From a virus, in the IMG/VR virus record IMGVR_UViG_3300025317_000002, positions 1 through 64,000 of that record: a stretch of DNA of 64,000 nt. One strand, given 5' to 3'. The position numbers and the translations under genes are program-made. How positions within the stretch are numbered: position 1 is the first letter of the stretch; each line of letters begins with the position of its first letter. This document shows positions 38,359 through 48,266 of the stretch, one piece after another. The notes beneath the pieces were generated by a model. That model saw nothing but the letters and a program-made list of their open reading frames with translations, ran no database searches and was not told where the DNA came from.

Positions 38359-39725
38359 GTAACGAAATTCGAGATTTCGTTCTTCCTTTACACCTTACTC
38401 CCATAGTCTACATGACGCTGGGAGAAAAGAATCTCATGACAGTTCCCCCTCAATGGATTCAGTCTCTCGAGTATGAAGACAACATGGGAGAAGGTGGAGG
38501 GGACACTTGGTCTGCAACAATCCTAGACCAGACCTTTAACGAGGTAGAACGGGCTATCATTTCCTCAGGGGGGATAGGCTCACTTTCCTGGGGTTACTTG
38601 AATGGGCCCATTACTCCCCTTCGCAAGATTCAAGTTATCGACTGGATGCCGCGGCTAACGACAAAGGGAAGGCTTCTTACAATCCGAGGATTTGATCTAT
38701 CGTGTCAGATGCGTTGGTTCTCTGCTTTTGAGGATGATGGTACTACTCCAAAGAACAAGCAAGAGTTCTCTGGAATAGGTTATCATGGCAAACCTTCGGA
38801 AGTTGTGGCTAGAATTGCAAGCGAATACCAGGAAGAAGGGATTCTCTCAGATTCCAACCCTGAGATAGAGGATACGCAGTCTATACTGGTAGATGACTAC
38901 ACCAAAGAAGAAGGTGACAAGAAACCAATGGACTTTGTCCAGGAAAGAGATATGACAGACGAAGCTTTCATAAAGAGTCTCATTCCTCTTTCCAGATCCG
39001 TGGATTACGATCCAGAAGATAAAAATGCCAAGCTCATAAATACATACTATCTCTACTTTACGCCAGACAAAGTAGGAAAGCCAATCCTGCACTTCCACCC
39101 CCCGAGGTTTGATGCCCCTGTTCACAGGCGCTACAACTTTCGAGGTCAAATTGGCTCCATAAAGAGCTTCGAGCCAAACATAAATGGAATGCTAATCGGC
39201 ATGCTCGCAGGAAACATTACCTTCTCTGGTATGGATTCTTATACTGGAGCTTTCTACGAGGTTTCTGTCACATCAGAAGGTCTGACTGTAAGAGAAGATG
39301 GAAAAGTGAAGCGACAATCCACAAGAAGACTTGCCATAGGAAGTATGGCTCTGAATAATCCCTACAGAAAGAGAGGAGGAATCTCTGCACTTTATCCATC
39401 TCATTTTAGCACTTCCGAGGAAGCGGAAAGAGCGGCTATAGCTTTATGGGAAGCTTGGAATATCCGAACCTTTCAAGCCAAAGCTACAATCATGGGAGAC
39501 CCAGAGCTAATTGCAGGAGACATGGTTTATCTCAATATTCTTCTTCCCAATGGAATTCCAGATTATACTTCTGGAAAATATCTAGTCATGAAAGCGATCC
39601 ATCATGTGCGAAAGGCGTTTACCATGTCTTTGGATTGTCTGTCCTCTCATGCGAGATCAGGTAACCAAGTAGCAACAGGACCAGATTTCAAGGTTGTAAC
39701 TGGGCCAAGGAGAGTCTCCAGGTGA
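38355..39725 (+). CDS. Baseplate hub protein (gp27 / late control D-like)
   Basis: LHFHPP; AKATIMGDPELIAG...SGKYLVMKAIH. Confidence 0.8.
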   Translation: MSNEIRDFVLPLHLTPIVYMTLGEKNLMTVPPQWIQSLEYEDNMGEGGGDTWSATILDQTFNEVERAIISSGGIGSLSWGYLNGPITPLRKIQVIDWMPRLTTKGRLLTIRGFDLSCQMRWFSAFEDDGTTPKNKQEFSGIGYHGKPSEVVARIASEYQEEGILSDSNPEIEDTQSILVDDYTKEEGDKKPMDFVQERDMTDEAFIKSLIPLSRSVDYDPEDKNAKLINTYYLYFTPDKVGKPILHFHPPRFDAPVHRRYNFRGQIGSIKSFEPNINGMLIGMLAGNITFSGMDSYTGAFYEVSVTSEGLTVREDGKVKRQSTRRLAIGSMALNNPYRKRGGISALYPSHFSTSEEAERAAIALWEAWNIRTFQAKATIMGDPELIAGDMVYLNILLPNGIPDYTSGKYLVMKAIHHVRKAFTMSLDCLSSHARSGNQVATGPDFKVVTGPRRVSR

Positions 39726-40855
39726 CTGATCCTACTTCTCAAAAGAGATACTACTTTGGGTTTTTCAAAGGGAGAATCGAAGACAACGTCGATCCGAGAA
39801 ATCTGGGAAGACTAAAAGTCAGAGTCCCGGAAATTCATGGCCCTGAAGTTCAAATTCCCAACGATCAGCTTCCTTGGGCAAGACCAGCCTTCAAAGGGCA
39901 ATATGCTTATGATGTGCCTGATCCTGATGGAGTCGTCTGGGTAGGATTTGAGCATGGCTTAGCAGATAAGCCCGTCTGGTTTGGGTGCCTTCCTCTTGAA
40001 TATGAACCAGAATTTGAGCCAGTTCCTCCTCCTGTTATAGGGCCCGTTGCAACAGCAGAGACAGAAACAACAGGCACACAAACAAGCCAGGCCCAAACAA
40101 ATACTGGAACCCCAACTTTAAATGGAGTAATAGCTAAGAGCTCCTATGACTATATCATAGACACCGGTGTTACGAGTTTTCAATTTGGACCTATTATTGC
40201 CTTTCTCCTCAAATGGACAACGAACAAAGAGACCAGTTCTCCTCTTTGTCTAGCCGATACAGAAAACGGCCCAAAGCCAGGTATGACAATTGAATTTGAA
40301 GGAGGTAAAGCAGACGGATTCCAATCCGTCATTACACAAGCTATAGGGAACAAAGTGGAGTTTGAATCCATCCAATATGCACCAGATATAGGAAGTGTCT
40401 ACAAGATCTATAACAAAGGAAATCCCCCAATCCCGAAGAGACTAAGGACTTATGACGGAACGGGCGACAAGTCAGGAGTACTCCCAGTTGGAAAGTTTGT
40501 GACTCCAACCCGACATGCTCCTTACAGTAAGGTGAACGGAACTGTCAACAAGGAAACCAAGGTCGTTCAAACCCAAGCAATAAGCAAGGAGCCTGGGGGG
40601 GAAACACAAGTCTTTGAGAACAACCAAGGTGGTAGGATCGAACTGAATGCCACAGAACAAAGCGCAGAAGTGAGTTCAGCTCAAGATGTAATGATTAGAG
40701 CTGGAAAGAATACGGAAATAACAGCAAACGATATTCTTCTTATAGACGGAGGAGACGGCACCATCATCATTCATGCTAATAAGGCAATTTCCATTGTCGC
40801 TCCAAGCGTTACAATCAACAAGAGAAAAGTAAGAAACGATACTACGGATATATAA
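39722..40855 (+). CDS. gp5: Baseplate central spike (gp5/gpV OB-fold), no lysozyme domain seen
   Basis: GRIEDNVDPRNLGRLKVRVP...LPWARP...VWVGFEHG...PVWFG; C-terminal beta-strand repeats. Confidence 0.85.
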   Translation: MTDPTSQKRYYFGFFKGRIEDNVDPRNLGRLKVRVPEIHGPEVQIPNDQLPWARPAFKGQYAYDVPDPDGVVWVGFEHGLADKPVWFGCLPLEYEPEFEPVPPPVIGPVATAETETTGTQTSQAQTNTGTPTLNGVIAKSSYDYIIDTGVTSFQFGPIIAFLLKWTTNKETSSPLCLADTENGPKPGMTIEFEGGKADGFQSVITQAIGNKVEFESIQYAPDIGSVYKIYNKGNPPIPKRLRTYDGTGDKSGVLPVGKFVTPTRHAPYSKVNGTVNKETKVVQTQAISKEPGGETQVFENNQGGRIELNATEQSAEVSSAQDVMIRAGKNTEITANDILLIDGGDGTIIIHANKAISIVAPSVTINKRKVRNDTTDI

Positions 40856-41769
40856 TGGCAGATACATTTGATAAGATAGTTCAAGTTTCAGTCCCATTGG
40901 GGGCTGATTTTAATCTCAATACTGAAACTGGGTCCCTAGATCCTGAGTGTCCTTCTATAGCTGATTTTGAGGAATTTCTCATTAGAAAGATCAAGTTTCC
41001 TGGAGGGTTTGATATCGACCCTATTACCGATTTTACGGACAAACACTTTACGAAATGCACCTATGTCATCGATCTCACAAAACAAATTCAGCCCATTTTG
41101 GTTGCACTCCAGCCAATCTTCAAGATTATGGAGTGCATTGTTAAAGTGCTAGATTGCATAAAGGCTATCAAAAAGGCTGTTAAGCCTCCAAATCCAAGGA
41201 AGATTACAAGTGCCCTCAAAAATCTGGCAGAATGTATCAGCGTCTTAGAAATATTCTTTCCGCTTCTCTCAGTGCCTCCTATGCTTTTATCCTTGATTGA
41301 TACTTTCATTTTGGTCATGCAATGTTTGCAGGAATACATAACAAACACCTTGACATTTCATGTAGATTTTTCTAAGATGGCTCAAGACGCCCACAAATGC
41401 TCTAACGTTTCCACAGAAGAAAATCCAGTTCTCCAGGCTCTTCTTTGTTCTTGGAATGAGATTGTTCATGGTTTCAACAATCAGATGCTCTCCATGCAGA
41501 TGCTAAATACTCTCGTTGTTCTCTTGAATACCATGATTGATGTAATTTCGCAGATGGTGGATAAAGAACCCAAAGCACATTTCCCCTCTTTCGATGCTTT
41601 TGGTAATATTGGAAGCGGTGATATTCTAGATCTTATCGATTCGGATAAAGTCAAGGCTTTTCAGGATAAGCTGGTAGATATTGTAAGAGAAATTGACAAA
41701 ATCATTGTTGTGCTCTCTACTCTCAAGGACTTTATCTTGACATTTAGTGTTGTAAAGGAGGAATCCTAA
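40855..41769 (+). CDS. Amphipathic helical Cys-containing protein between spike and gp25
   Basis: TAATG coupling at both ends; long hydrophobic helices. Confidence 0.7.
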   Translation: MADTFDKIVQVSVPLGADFNLNTETGSLDPECPSIADFEEFLIRKIKFPGGFDIDPITDFTDKHFTKCTYVIDLTKQIQPILVALQPIFKIMECIVKVLDCIKAIKKAVKPPNPRKITSALKNLAECISVLEIFFPLLSVPPMLLSLIDTFILVMQCLQEYITNTLTFHVDFSKMAQDAHKCSNVSTEENPVLQALLCSWNEIVHGFNNQMLSMQMLNTLVVLLNTMIDVISQMVDKEPKAHFPSFDAFGNIGSGDILDLIDSDKVKAFQDKLVDIVREIDKIIVVLSTLKDFILTFSVVKEES

Positions 41770-42149
41770 TGGCTGCTCCAATTGGTCCAGGGTTTCCTTT
41801 TAAATATGGACAGGGGGGATACTTTAACGTCCAAAAGAGGTCAAGCCTTATCAAGGCATCCCTCAAGCAGATTTTTGGCACCAAAAGAGGAGAACGAGTT
41901 AGAAATCCAAGGTTTGGATCGAGAATCTATCTTCTCGAGTTCGAACCAAACGATGACATCTTCATCGCTCTGGCAAGTTTCTACGCCTGGGAGGCTGCTT
42001 CACAAGAACTGAGAATCATTACAGATGACATTCAAATCATTCCGGATACCGGAGTTACAGGTCATGAAGGAAGAATTGTGATCAATTTCACAGAGAAAGA
42101 GACAGGTATTCCTGATGATTTTATCTACACAGTAGCTCGAGGTATATGA
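41769..42149 (+). CDS. gp25: Baseplate wedge subunit gp25 / gpW
   Basis: IKASLKQIFGTKRGERVRNPRFGSRIYLLEFEP...ELRI. Confidence 0.92.
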   Translation: MAAPIGPGFPFKYGQGGYFNVQKRSSLIKASLKQIFGTKRGERVRNPRFGSRIYLLEFEPNDDIFIALASFYAWEAASQELRIITDDIQIIPDTGVTGHEGRIVINFTEKETGIPDDFIYTVARGI

Positions 42150-43630
42150 TGAGCGCAAAACCTATTGTATATCTGGCAAAAGACTTTGACGCCATCTTGA
42201 ACGACCTCCAGATTCAGGCTCAGGCAATCTTCCAGAAATATGGACTCAAAACCTGGAATGATTACCTTCCTAGTAATCATGGCGTGGTCAACCTCGAGGC
42301 ATTTGCTCGAGCAATGGAGTTTCTTCTCTATTATCAGGATAGGCAAGCCAACGAATGCTTTGGAAGTAGAGCTAAAATTCGAAAGAATATTATTGCGCTT
42401 CTCAAATGGATTGCCTACCAGATGCATACTCAAAAGAGCGCAACAGTCACAGCTACGATCACTCGCCCCACACCTCACACGAAAAACATCTTGATGATCG
42501 ACTCTGATGGTGTTTCCCCTATCTTAGCTAAAACTGAGACAGACGGAGCTATCTTTCGGGCAACAGATACGACCAAAGTTCTAGTTGCAGGTGCAAATTC
42601 TATTGATATCCCCTTTAAGCATTCTCGTTCTGAGGCAGAGGCATTCATCTCGAATGGCACGGCCAAGCAGACCATCAAGCTTTCTCAGACTCCCTTCCTT
42701 CACGACAACACAACTGTCGTTACGGTAAATGGTAAGACCTGGACTCTAAAAGAACACTGGCTCGCTTCCAAACCGGAGGACAAACATTATCTTATTTCCA
42801 TCAATGGAAAAGGAGAGGGTATTGCTGAGTTCGGAGATAATGTCAACGGAATCATCCCTCCTCTAGGGTCTACAATCGAAATCGTCTATGAGTATGGAGG
42901 GGGCTCTCTTGGTAACATTCAAGTAGGAGAACTAACCAAGATCATCTCTTCCATTAAAGATATAGATGGGGCCGTTCAAACCCTCACGATTACAAACAAA
43001 GTAGAGGCTACCCCTGGTTCGGATGAAGAGACCATTTCCCATGCACGAATCTCTGGGCCGGCTACTCTTCGCACAAATTTCAGGTCTATTTGTAACGACG
43101 ATTATATCACAAATGCACAATCTGTGGCCGGAGTAGCCAGAGCATTTGTCGTCACTTCCAAAACTGACCCAACTGTCTTGGAAAATACTGTCTTGGTCCT
43201 CGTGTTGCCTACAACTTCTTCCATCAAACCATCAGATGACCTTCTCACTCTCGTGAGAGCCACGCTTCTCACTACCTATCCTGGAAGAGCAACAGGAGAG
43301 ATCATCATCTTGGGATTTACTGAACTCTTTGCTAACCTGAGTTTCTCTATTACCCTGGACAGCAGTGCCAATACACCCGTCAAAAAGTCAATTGTCGAGG
43401 CACAGATTCGAGCCGCCATTGCCGGACTCGTAGATTACAAGGCTCAAGATGAAGATGGAAATTTCAAGCGTCCTATGGGACAAACGCTCTATCTTGATGA
43501 GATAGAATGCGCGGCAAGAGTAACAGGAGTTAAAAGTGCAACGCTCACAAACCCAACAGTACCTATCACGCCAAAGCAGACAGAGCTTATCTCCATTCCT
43601 GCTTCAGCGGTATCGCTCAGCTTCGTATAG
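42146..43630 (+). CDS. gp6: Baseplate wedge protein gp6 / J-like
   Basis: AKDFDAILNDL, DRQANECF, EFGDNVNGIIPP, GGGSLGNI, GSDEET...RSICNDDY. Confidence 0.92.
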   Translation: MMSAKPIVYLAKDFDAILNDLQIQAQAIFQKYGLKTWNDYLPSNHGVVNLEAFARAMEFLLYYQDRQANECFGSRAKIRKNIIALLKWIAYQMHTQKSATVTATITRPTPHTKNILMIDSDGVSPILAKTETDGAIFRATDTTKVLVAGANSIDIPFKHSRSEAEAFISNGTAKQTIKLSQTPFLHDNTTVVTVNGKTWTLKEHWLASKPEDKHYLISINGKGEGIAEFGDNVNGIIPPLGSTIEIVYEYGGGSLGNIQVGELTKIISSIKDIDGAVQTLTITNKVEATPGSDEETISHARISGPATLRTNFRSICNDDYITNAQSVAGVARAFVVTSKTDPTVLENTVLVLVLPTTSSIKPSDDLLTLVRATLLTTYPGRATGEIIILGFTELFANLSFSITLDSSANTPVKKSIVEAQIRAAIAGLVDYKAQDEDGNFKRPMGQTLYLDEIECAARVTGVKSATLTNPTVPITPKQTELISIPASAVSLSFV

Positions 43631-43639
43631 GAGGCTATC

Positions 43640-45742
43640 ATGGCTATTAACTTAGACAGGTTCCATCAACTTGCACATCGTTTTACCAATGCCTTTGGGA
43701 GCGATGCACTCTTCATCTGCGATCTCATGGTTCAAGTTGTTGACCCTCTTCTAGATGGAAGAGATTACCTGATAAGGCCACTTGCCACATCCATCACAAA
43801 TGTCGCAAACATGTGGGACGGAAATGAAGGCACCTATGCCACATTTACAGATGGGGGAATGTTTGCTCGTCTTTTCAAGCGAATTCTTCTCATAGATGGG
43901 GTGGGCCTAGCCAAAACGGGAGGAACTCCTTATTTCAATGCAAATTACTCTCTCTATTACCTAAACCCTCAAAGCAATGGCGATCCAGACGTAGAAGCCA
44001 ACTGGGTTTTGATTAGTATTTCTCCTGGAAATATTTCAACTTCAGGAGGAGTTTATCATTCATTTGGACCCTTTTTCACCAGAGGAATCAGATTAAAGAG
44101 AACAGGAGGCATCTCTGGCACAAATGACGGTGTTGGGGAATTTCATATCTATAATTCTTCCCTTGGCCCAGGAGGATTCGTCTCTATAGGAAATGCAGAG
44201 AATAGTGCCGACAGCGACTTTGAGGCAGATCTCTATCTCCCTGCCCCTAATGCAACTATGATGACAAACGCCCCTCCCCTCTCTAACTCTCTGGCAGAAT
44301 CCTATATGGATCTTGGAGCAGAAACCCGAGTTCAGGAGCTAAGAGCCTATTATGAATCTCCATCGAATACGATCCTCTCTGCCCACGTTCGAGCAACCGC
44401 AAGTGACCCTTGGGCAGCCCTTACCTTCTCAGACCATCTTATACAGGTCAATGCAGACATTCAAGGACTCACAAGTTTTTCTCTGAATAACGTTGTTCCG
44501 GATTCCAGCAATTGTATTCAGCTTACTGCGGGACAAGTTGCCCTTATTCCCATTCTCAATCCAGAAGCAAGCAGCACATTCTCTTTGATTTCTGGAAGAC
44601 ATACTATTCCAGGTCAACTAACAAAGATAGAACTCTGTCTTTATGCAAATTTCGTCGGAGCCCAAGGAAGAGCATCTACACAAATTTACGTCGTTCGGAG
44701 ATCTGTTGATGGAAAATATTATCGAATTACTCAAGGAAACAATCTACCCCTTGCTACAATCGGAGTAGCAAATAATGTTGACGCTTTTGATCTATATACC
44801 TTTGCTACAACCGGCTCGGGCTCATTGGGATCTAAGTATGTGTTTGCTACCAATGGAACTGTAATTACAGGTGTGAGACCAACAGATTATATTGCAATCT
44901 ATAATCATGCAACTTATGATGGAAACTCCGGACAACCTTTAAGTATTGCAGTTCCTTCCGCAGCAGGGAAATCATTTGTTGCAATTGGGACATGGAGCGT
45001 TCATGATACTCGTGTAGCTCCGAGTGGGCTAACAGCAGAAGACGCAACCGCCAACCCCCAAATCAAGATCTATGGAATTTCTTACAGAAAGGCAACTCTC
45101 TCGGCCAAAAATATTCGCTACCTCAAGATTTCTCACGGACAGCTTCAAAATGGTGAATACCAAGGGCTCTATGCGATCAAGCCTATGAACAAGGACTCAA
45201 CCACCTCACCAGATGCCTCCGGCAATCCTGACCTCATCGATTACTTCACAAGTGCGGATGTGGAGATTACAAGCCCCCTTGTCGTCCCAGTATCCAATTT
45301 TGGAGATGGCTCTCCCGTTGAGATCAAGGTCAAAAACCAAGGCACGATCAGTAAAACTGGTATTGTCGTTTCCATTGACCCAGATGGTACAGAGGGCTCT
45401 TTCTACTCCAAGATTGCCACCCAAGATGTTACAGGTCCTTACATTGGGCATTGTAAGAATAATGGATTCACATCTTGCACAAAGGGAAATACAAATTTCC
45501 AGAAGGTCATGGATATGAGCAAGGGAATTGTTGGATGTAGCAGATTCTGCACACAACAAAACGGTGGAGGAACTGGGGGATTTGAGGTCGATACTTCTTC
45601 TCCCACTTCTATGAGCCCAGTCACACAAGGAAACACAAAATCGATCTGGGTAAGATCTCATATCCCGAACAATGGCTCCAGTCTTGGGGGAACCAGAAAG
45701 GCCAAAATCAGAACGTCTTGGATATCGAGTTCCTTGGATTAA
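43640..45742 (+). CDS. Large beta-rich baseplate/virion protein, possibly with discoidin-like domains
   Basis: GGAGG RBS; NVANMWDGNEGTYA, YMDLGAETRVQEL, IRYLKI. Confidence 0.65.
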   Translation: MAINLDRFHQLAHRFTNAFGSDALFICDLMVQVVDPLLDGRDYLIRPLATSITNVANMWDGNEGTYATFTDGGMFARLFKRILLIDGVGLAKTGGTPYFNANYSLYYLNPQSNGDPDVEANWVLISISPGNISTSGGVYHSFGPFFTRGIRLKRTGGISGTNDGVGEFHIYNSSLGPGGFVSIGNAENSADSDFEADLYLPAPNATMMTNAPPLSNSLAESYMDLGAETRVQELRAYYESPSNTILSAHVRATASDPWAALTFSDHLIQVNADIQGLTSFSLNNVVPDSSNCIQLTAGQVALIPILNPEASSTFSLISGRHTIPGQLTKIELCLYANFVGAQGRASTQIYVVRRSVDGKYYRITQGNNLPLATIGVANNVDAFDLYTFATTGSGSLGSKYVFATNGTVITGVRPTDYIAIYNHATYDGNSGQPLSIAVPSAAGKSFVAIGTWSVHDTRVAPSGLTAEDATANPQIKIYGISYRKATLSAKNIRYLKISHGQLQNGEYQGLYAIKPMNKDSTTSPDASGNPDLIDYFTSADVEITSPLVVPVSNFGDGSPVEIKVKNQGTISKTGIVVSIDPDGTEGSFYSKIATQDVTGPYIGHCKNNGFTSCTKGNTNFQKVMDMSKGIVGCSRFCTQQNGGGTGGFEVDTSSPTSMSPVTQGNTKSIWVRSHIPNNGSSLGGTRKAKIRTSWISSSLD

Positions 45743-45756
45743 GATAGAAAGCAAGG

Positions 45757-46317
45757 ATGTCAATTCAAACGACAGACTATGTCGAATATGGGTTCTCGAT
45801 TGTTGAGACGCAGGATGTTCTCAACGCTGAGTTTTCTTGTGTTGAAACAGGAGATGCCCAAGAATTCATATTCTCTGGAATTGAGACTGCGGATGTTTTG
45901 GACCTTACCTTCTTTGGGGCCGAGACGACAGATGTTCTGGAAGCATCCTTGGGTTGTTCGGAGGATATTGAGCCTCCCTTGGTTTTAAATGAAATTCCAC
46001 TTCGAGGCTCAATCAACAATTCTCCAACAACAAACATTGCGCTTTCCATTAGGGACCTTGGAGATTGTCCTACTGGGGTAAACATCAAAACTGTCAAAAT
46101 CTATGTCAATGACCTCTTGGCTTTTGATGGAACCGTCTCAGATGTTACGGAAGGCACCGTGTCTAGCTGGGTGAAGGGAATTCAAAGCGGCTTCGATGGC
46201 CCAGCCAAGGATGCCTATGCAGATGGAAATGGAATTCGGGTTGTGCTCGACCCTCTTGGACCATTTCCTCCTGCCAGTATCGTCACAGTTAGAGTTATTG
46301 CCTCAGATAAGGGATAA
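45757..46317 (+). CDS. Acidic protein with five 13-aa repeats and an Ig-like domain
   Basis: ETxDVLxxxFxxx repeats; PPLVLNEIP...IALSIRD...VTVRVIASD. Confidence 0.7.
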   Translation: MSIQTTDYVEYGFSIVETQDVLNAEFSCVETGDAQEFIFSGIETADVLDLTFFGAETTDVLEASLGCSEDIEPPLVLNEIPLRGSINNSPTTNIALSIRDLGDCPTGVNIKTVKIYVNDLLAFDGTVSDVTEGTVSSWVKGIQSGFDGPAKDAYADGNGIRVVLDPLGPFPPASIVTVRVIASDKG

Positions 46318-46442
46318 CATTGGAAGAAACAAACTCATTTGAGCTTACAGTTGAAGAATTTCTGAAAGGGTTTTATTAGAGAATTTCCCGAAGACATCTC
46401 ATCGAAGACTTAAAGAGGCTTTTGGAAGAATAGAGAACCATA

Positions 46443-47282
46443 ATGGCTGTGAACATCCTTGACTACGTATACCAATTTTCCATTATTGGAGTTCCTGAAG
46501 AGGAAAATGTTGACGATTGTCCAAAGGGTGCTTTCGGAGATTGTGGCGAAATCGACTACCCAGGAAGACTTCTTTACGACCTCTATCCCCAACTCTACAA
46601 AGATGCAGATGAAAAGGAAGGTTCCCCTCTTCGCGCTCTCTTGGATGCAATTGACTATGCTTTCGCCCTGGCTTACAAATCCGTAGCAGCTTTTACCTGC
46701 ATCATTGATCCTGACGCTGCCCCCGCTCAGTTTCTGGAGCACTTTCTATTATCTCTAGGAGATCCGTTCGGATATGTTACCCAAAGTGCAGATTGCACCA
46801 GAAAGAGGAAGATTGTCAAATCCCTCACTAGACTCTACAAGTATAAGGGCACAGTTCAAGGAGTAGAATATGCCCTGAATCTTCTTCTTGGGCTCAGAGC
46901 CAAAGTCAAATCATTCTGGAGGGACTGCTGGAAGGTAGGAGAAACAGAAATGGGAAACGAAGACTTTGTTCTAGCTCCGGCTTCAACTACATGGCTCCTT
47001 GGAAGAGGGAAACTTGGCACAACTACTAAACTTAGAAGCAGAATTGCTAGAAAGTTTATCTACACCGCCCAGATCTTTGTAGATGCAACCAAGAATAATG
47101 AGACAGATGGCTATATAAGGAAGATCATCGAATTCATGCTTCCTGCAGACGACAGATATCTCCTCACATATTCTCTAGGTTCAGTTTCACCTGGAATTGA
47201 GACATTTGAGGATTACTATGAGCTTCAGGTTGTGCCAGAGACGCTGCTTAGCGCAACCGAAACTTACGCGAATTATACCTAA
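46443..47282 (+). CDS. Baseplate tail protein I (P2 gpI / gp7-like)
   Basis: LYDLYPQLYK..D, IDPDAAPAQFL, LYKYKGTVQGVE, IIEFMLPA. Confidence 0.85.
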   Translation: MAVNILDYVYQFSIIGVPEEENVDDCPKGAFGDCGEIDYPGRLLYDLYPQLYKDADEKEGSPLRALLDAIDYAFALAYKSVAAFTCIIDPDAAPAQFLEHFLLSLGDPFGYVTQSADCTRKRKIVKSLTRLYKYKGTVQGVEYALNLLLGLRAKVKSFWRDCWKVGETEMGNEDFVLAPASTTWLLGRGKLGTTTKLRSRIARKFIYTAQIFVDATKNNETDGYIRKIIEFMLPADDRYLLTYSLGSVSPGIETFEDYYELQVVPETLLSATETYANYT

Positions 47283-48262
47283 TGGCAAACACATATTGGC
47301 ATGGCGCAAAAACTTCATTTGTAGGAGTAGTTCCAAAGACTACCACCCTCCAATTCCTTCATCGAGAATTCACTGCTGAGCTATCTCTTGCTTTAGCTGC
47401 AGGAACCGAGCTTGGAATTGGAAAGTATCGTTACAAGATCTCTTATGCCAATTCCCTTGGAGAATCGAAACCGAGCTTTGCTTCTACCGAGCTTAAGACC
47501 AAGACCAAGCAACAACGAATTTCGATTTCCAATATTCCGCTCGGCCCAAGCGGCACACAATCCAGGAAGCTCTACCGCACGGAAGTGGATGGGAAAGTTT
47601 ACAAGTATTTAGCTACAATCGGAGACAATACCACTACCACTTATTCAGATCAAACAGCAGACTCCACACTTGGTGGAAACCTGTCTGACCCTATTCCTGG
47701 TGAGAATCGGGCAATAGAAGTTAGACATGGACTAGGCGCAAACATTATCATTTCCTACAGGAAAAACGAATATTTACGTACCTGGCAGTTAAGCAGCAAG
47801 ATATTTGTCTCCGCTTGGATAAAGGATTTGGAAGGTGCTGGGCTCTATCTTTGCATCCAAGGAGGAGGAGCGGACAGCCCTCTTCCAGGATACCCGTCTT
47901 ACTACATTATTCGAGAAGCCTCTGATTGGAAGCTCAAGAAGGGAAACTTTCCAGCTTACACTCCAGCAGCGACAACACTTCTTAGCTTGGTACCTTCTTT
48001 ATCTCTAACAGATGGCTATTACAATTTTGGGCTGGCAGTTGAGACAAGAAATTCCACGGTATTTCTAGCTCTCTACGAAACGAAGATTCTAACACCAGAG
48101 TCTTTCTATGACTACAAGGAGATGCCAGATATGCGCTATGAGGATGCAAGTTCCCCTTACCTTTCTTCCGTAGGAGCAGGAATTGTGTCTTACAGCGCAT
48201 CGGGAAACGTCAGTCACATATTCGACCACATTCTCCACACGGAGAATTTTGAGATAAGGTAA
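47282..48262 (+). CDS. Baseplate-associated protein with FN3-like module
   Basis: KYRYKISYANSLGESKPS...GPSGTQSRKLYRT...DNTTTTYSD. Confidence 0.7.
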   Translation: MANTYWHGAKTSFVGVVPKTTTLQFLHREFTAELSLALAAGTELGIGKYRYKISYANSLGESKPSFASTELKTKTKQQRISISNIPLGPSGTQSRKLYRTEVDGKVYKYLATIGDNTTTTYSDQTADSTLGGNLSDPIPGENRAIEVRHGLGANIIISYRKNEYLRTWQLSSKIFVSAWIKDLEGAGLYLCIQGGGADSPLPGYPSYYIIREASDWKLKKGNFPAYTPAATTLLSLVPSLSLTDGYYNFGLAVETRNSTVFLALYETKILTPESFYDYKEMPDMRYEDASSPYLSSVGAGIVSYSASGNVSHIFDHILHTENFEIR

Positions 48263-48266
48263 TTAA

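Noticed and set aside
16465-47282. Extracellular contractile injection system or tailocin
   Set aside because: Capsid, protease, portal and neck genes are present, so this is a complete phage
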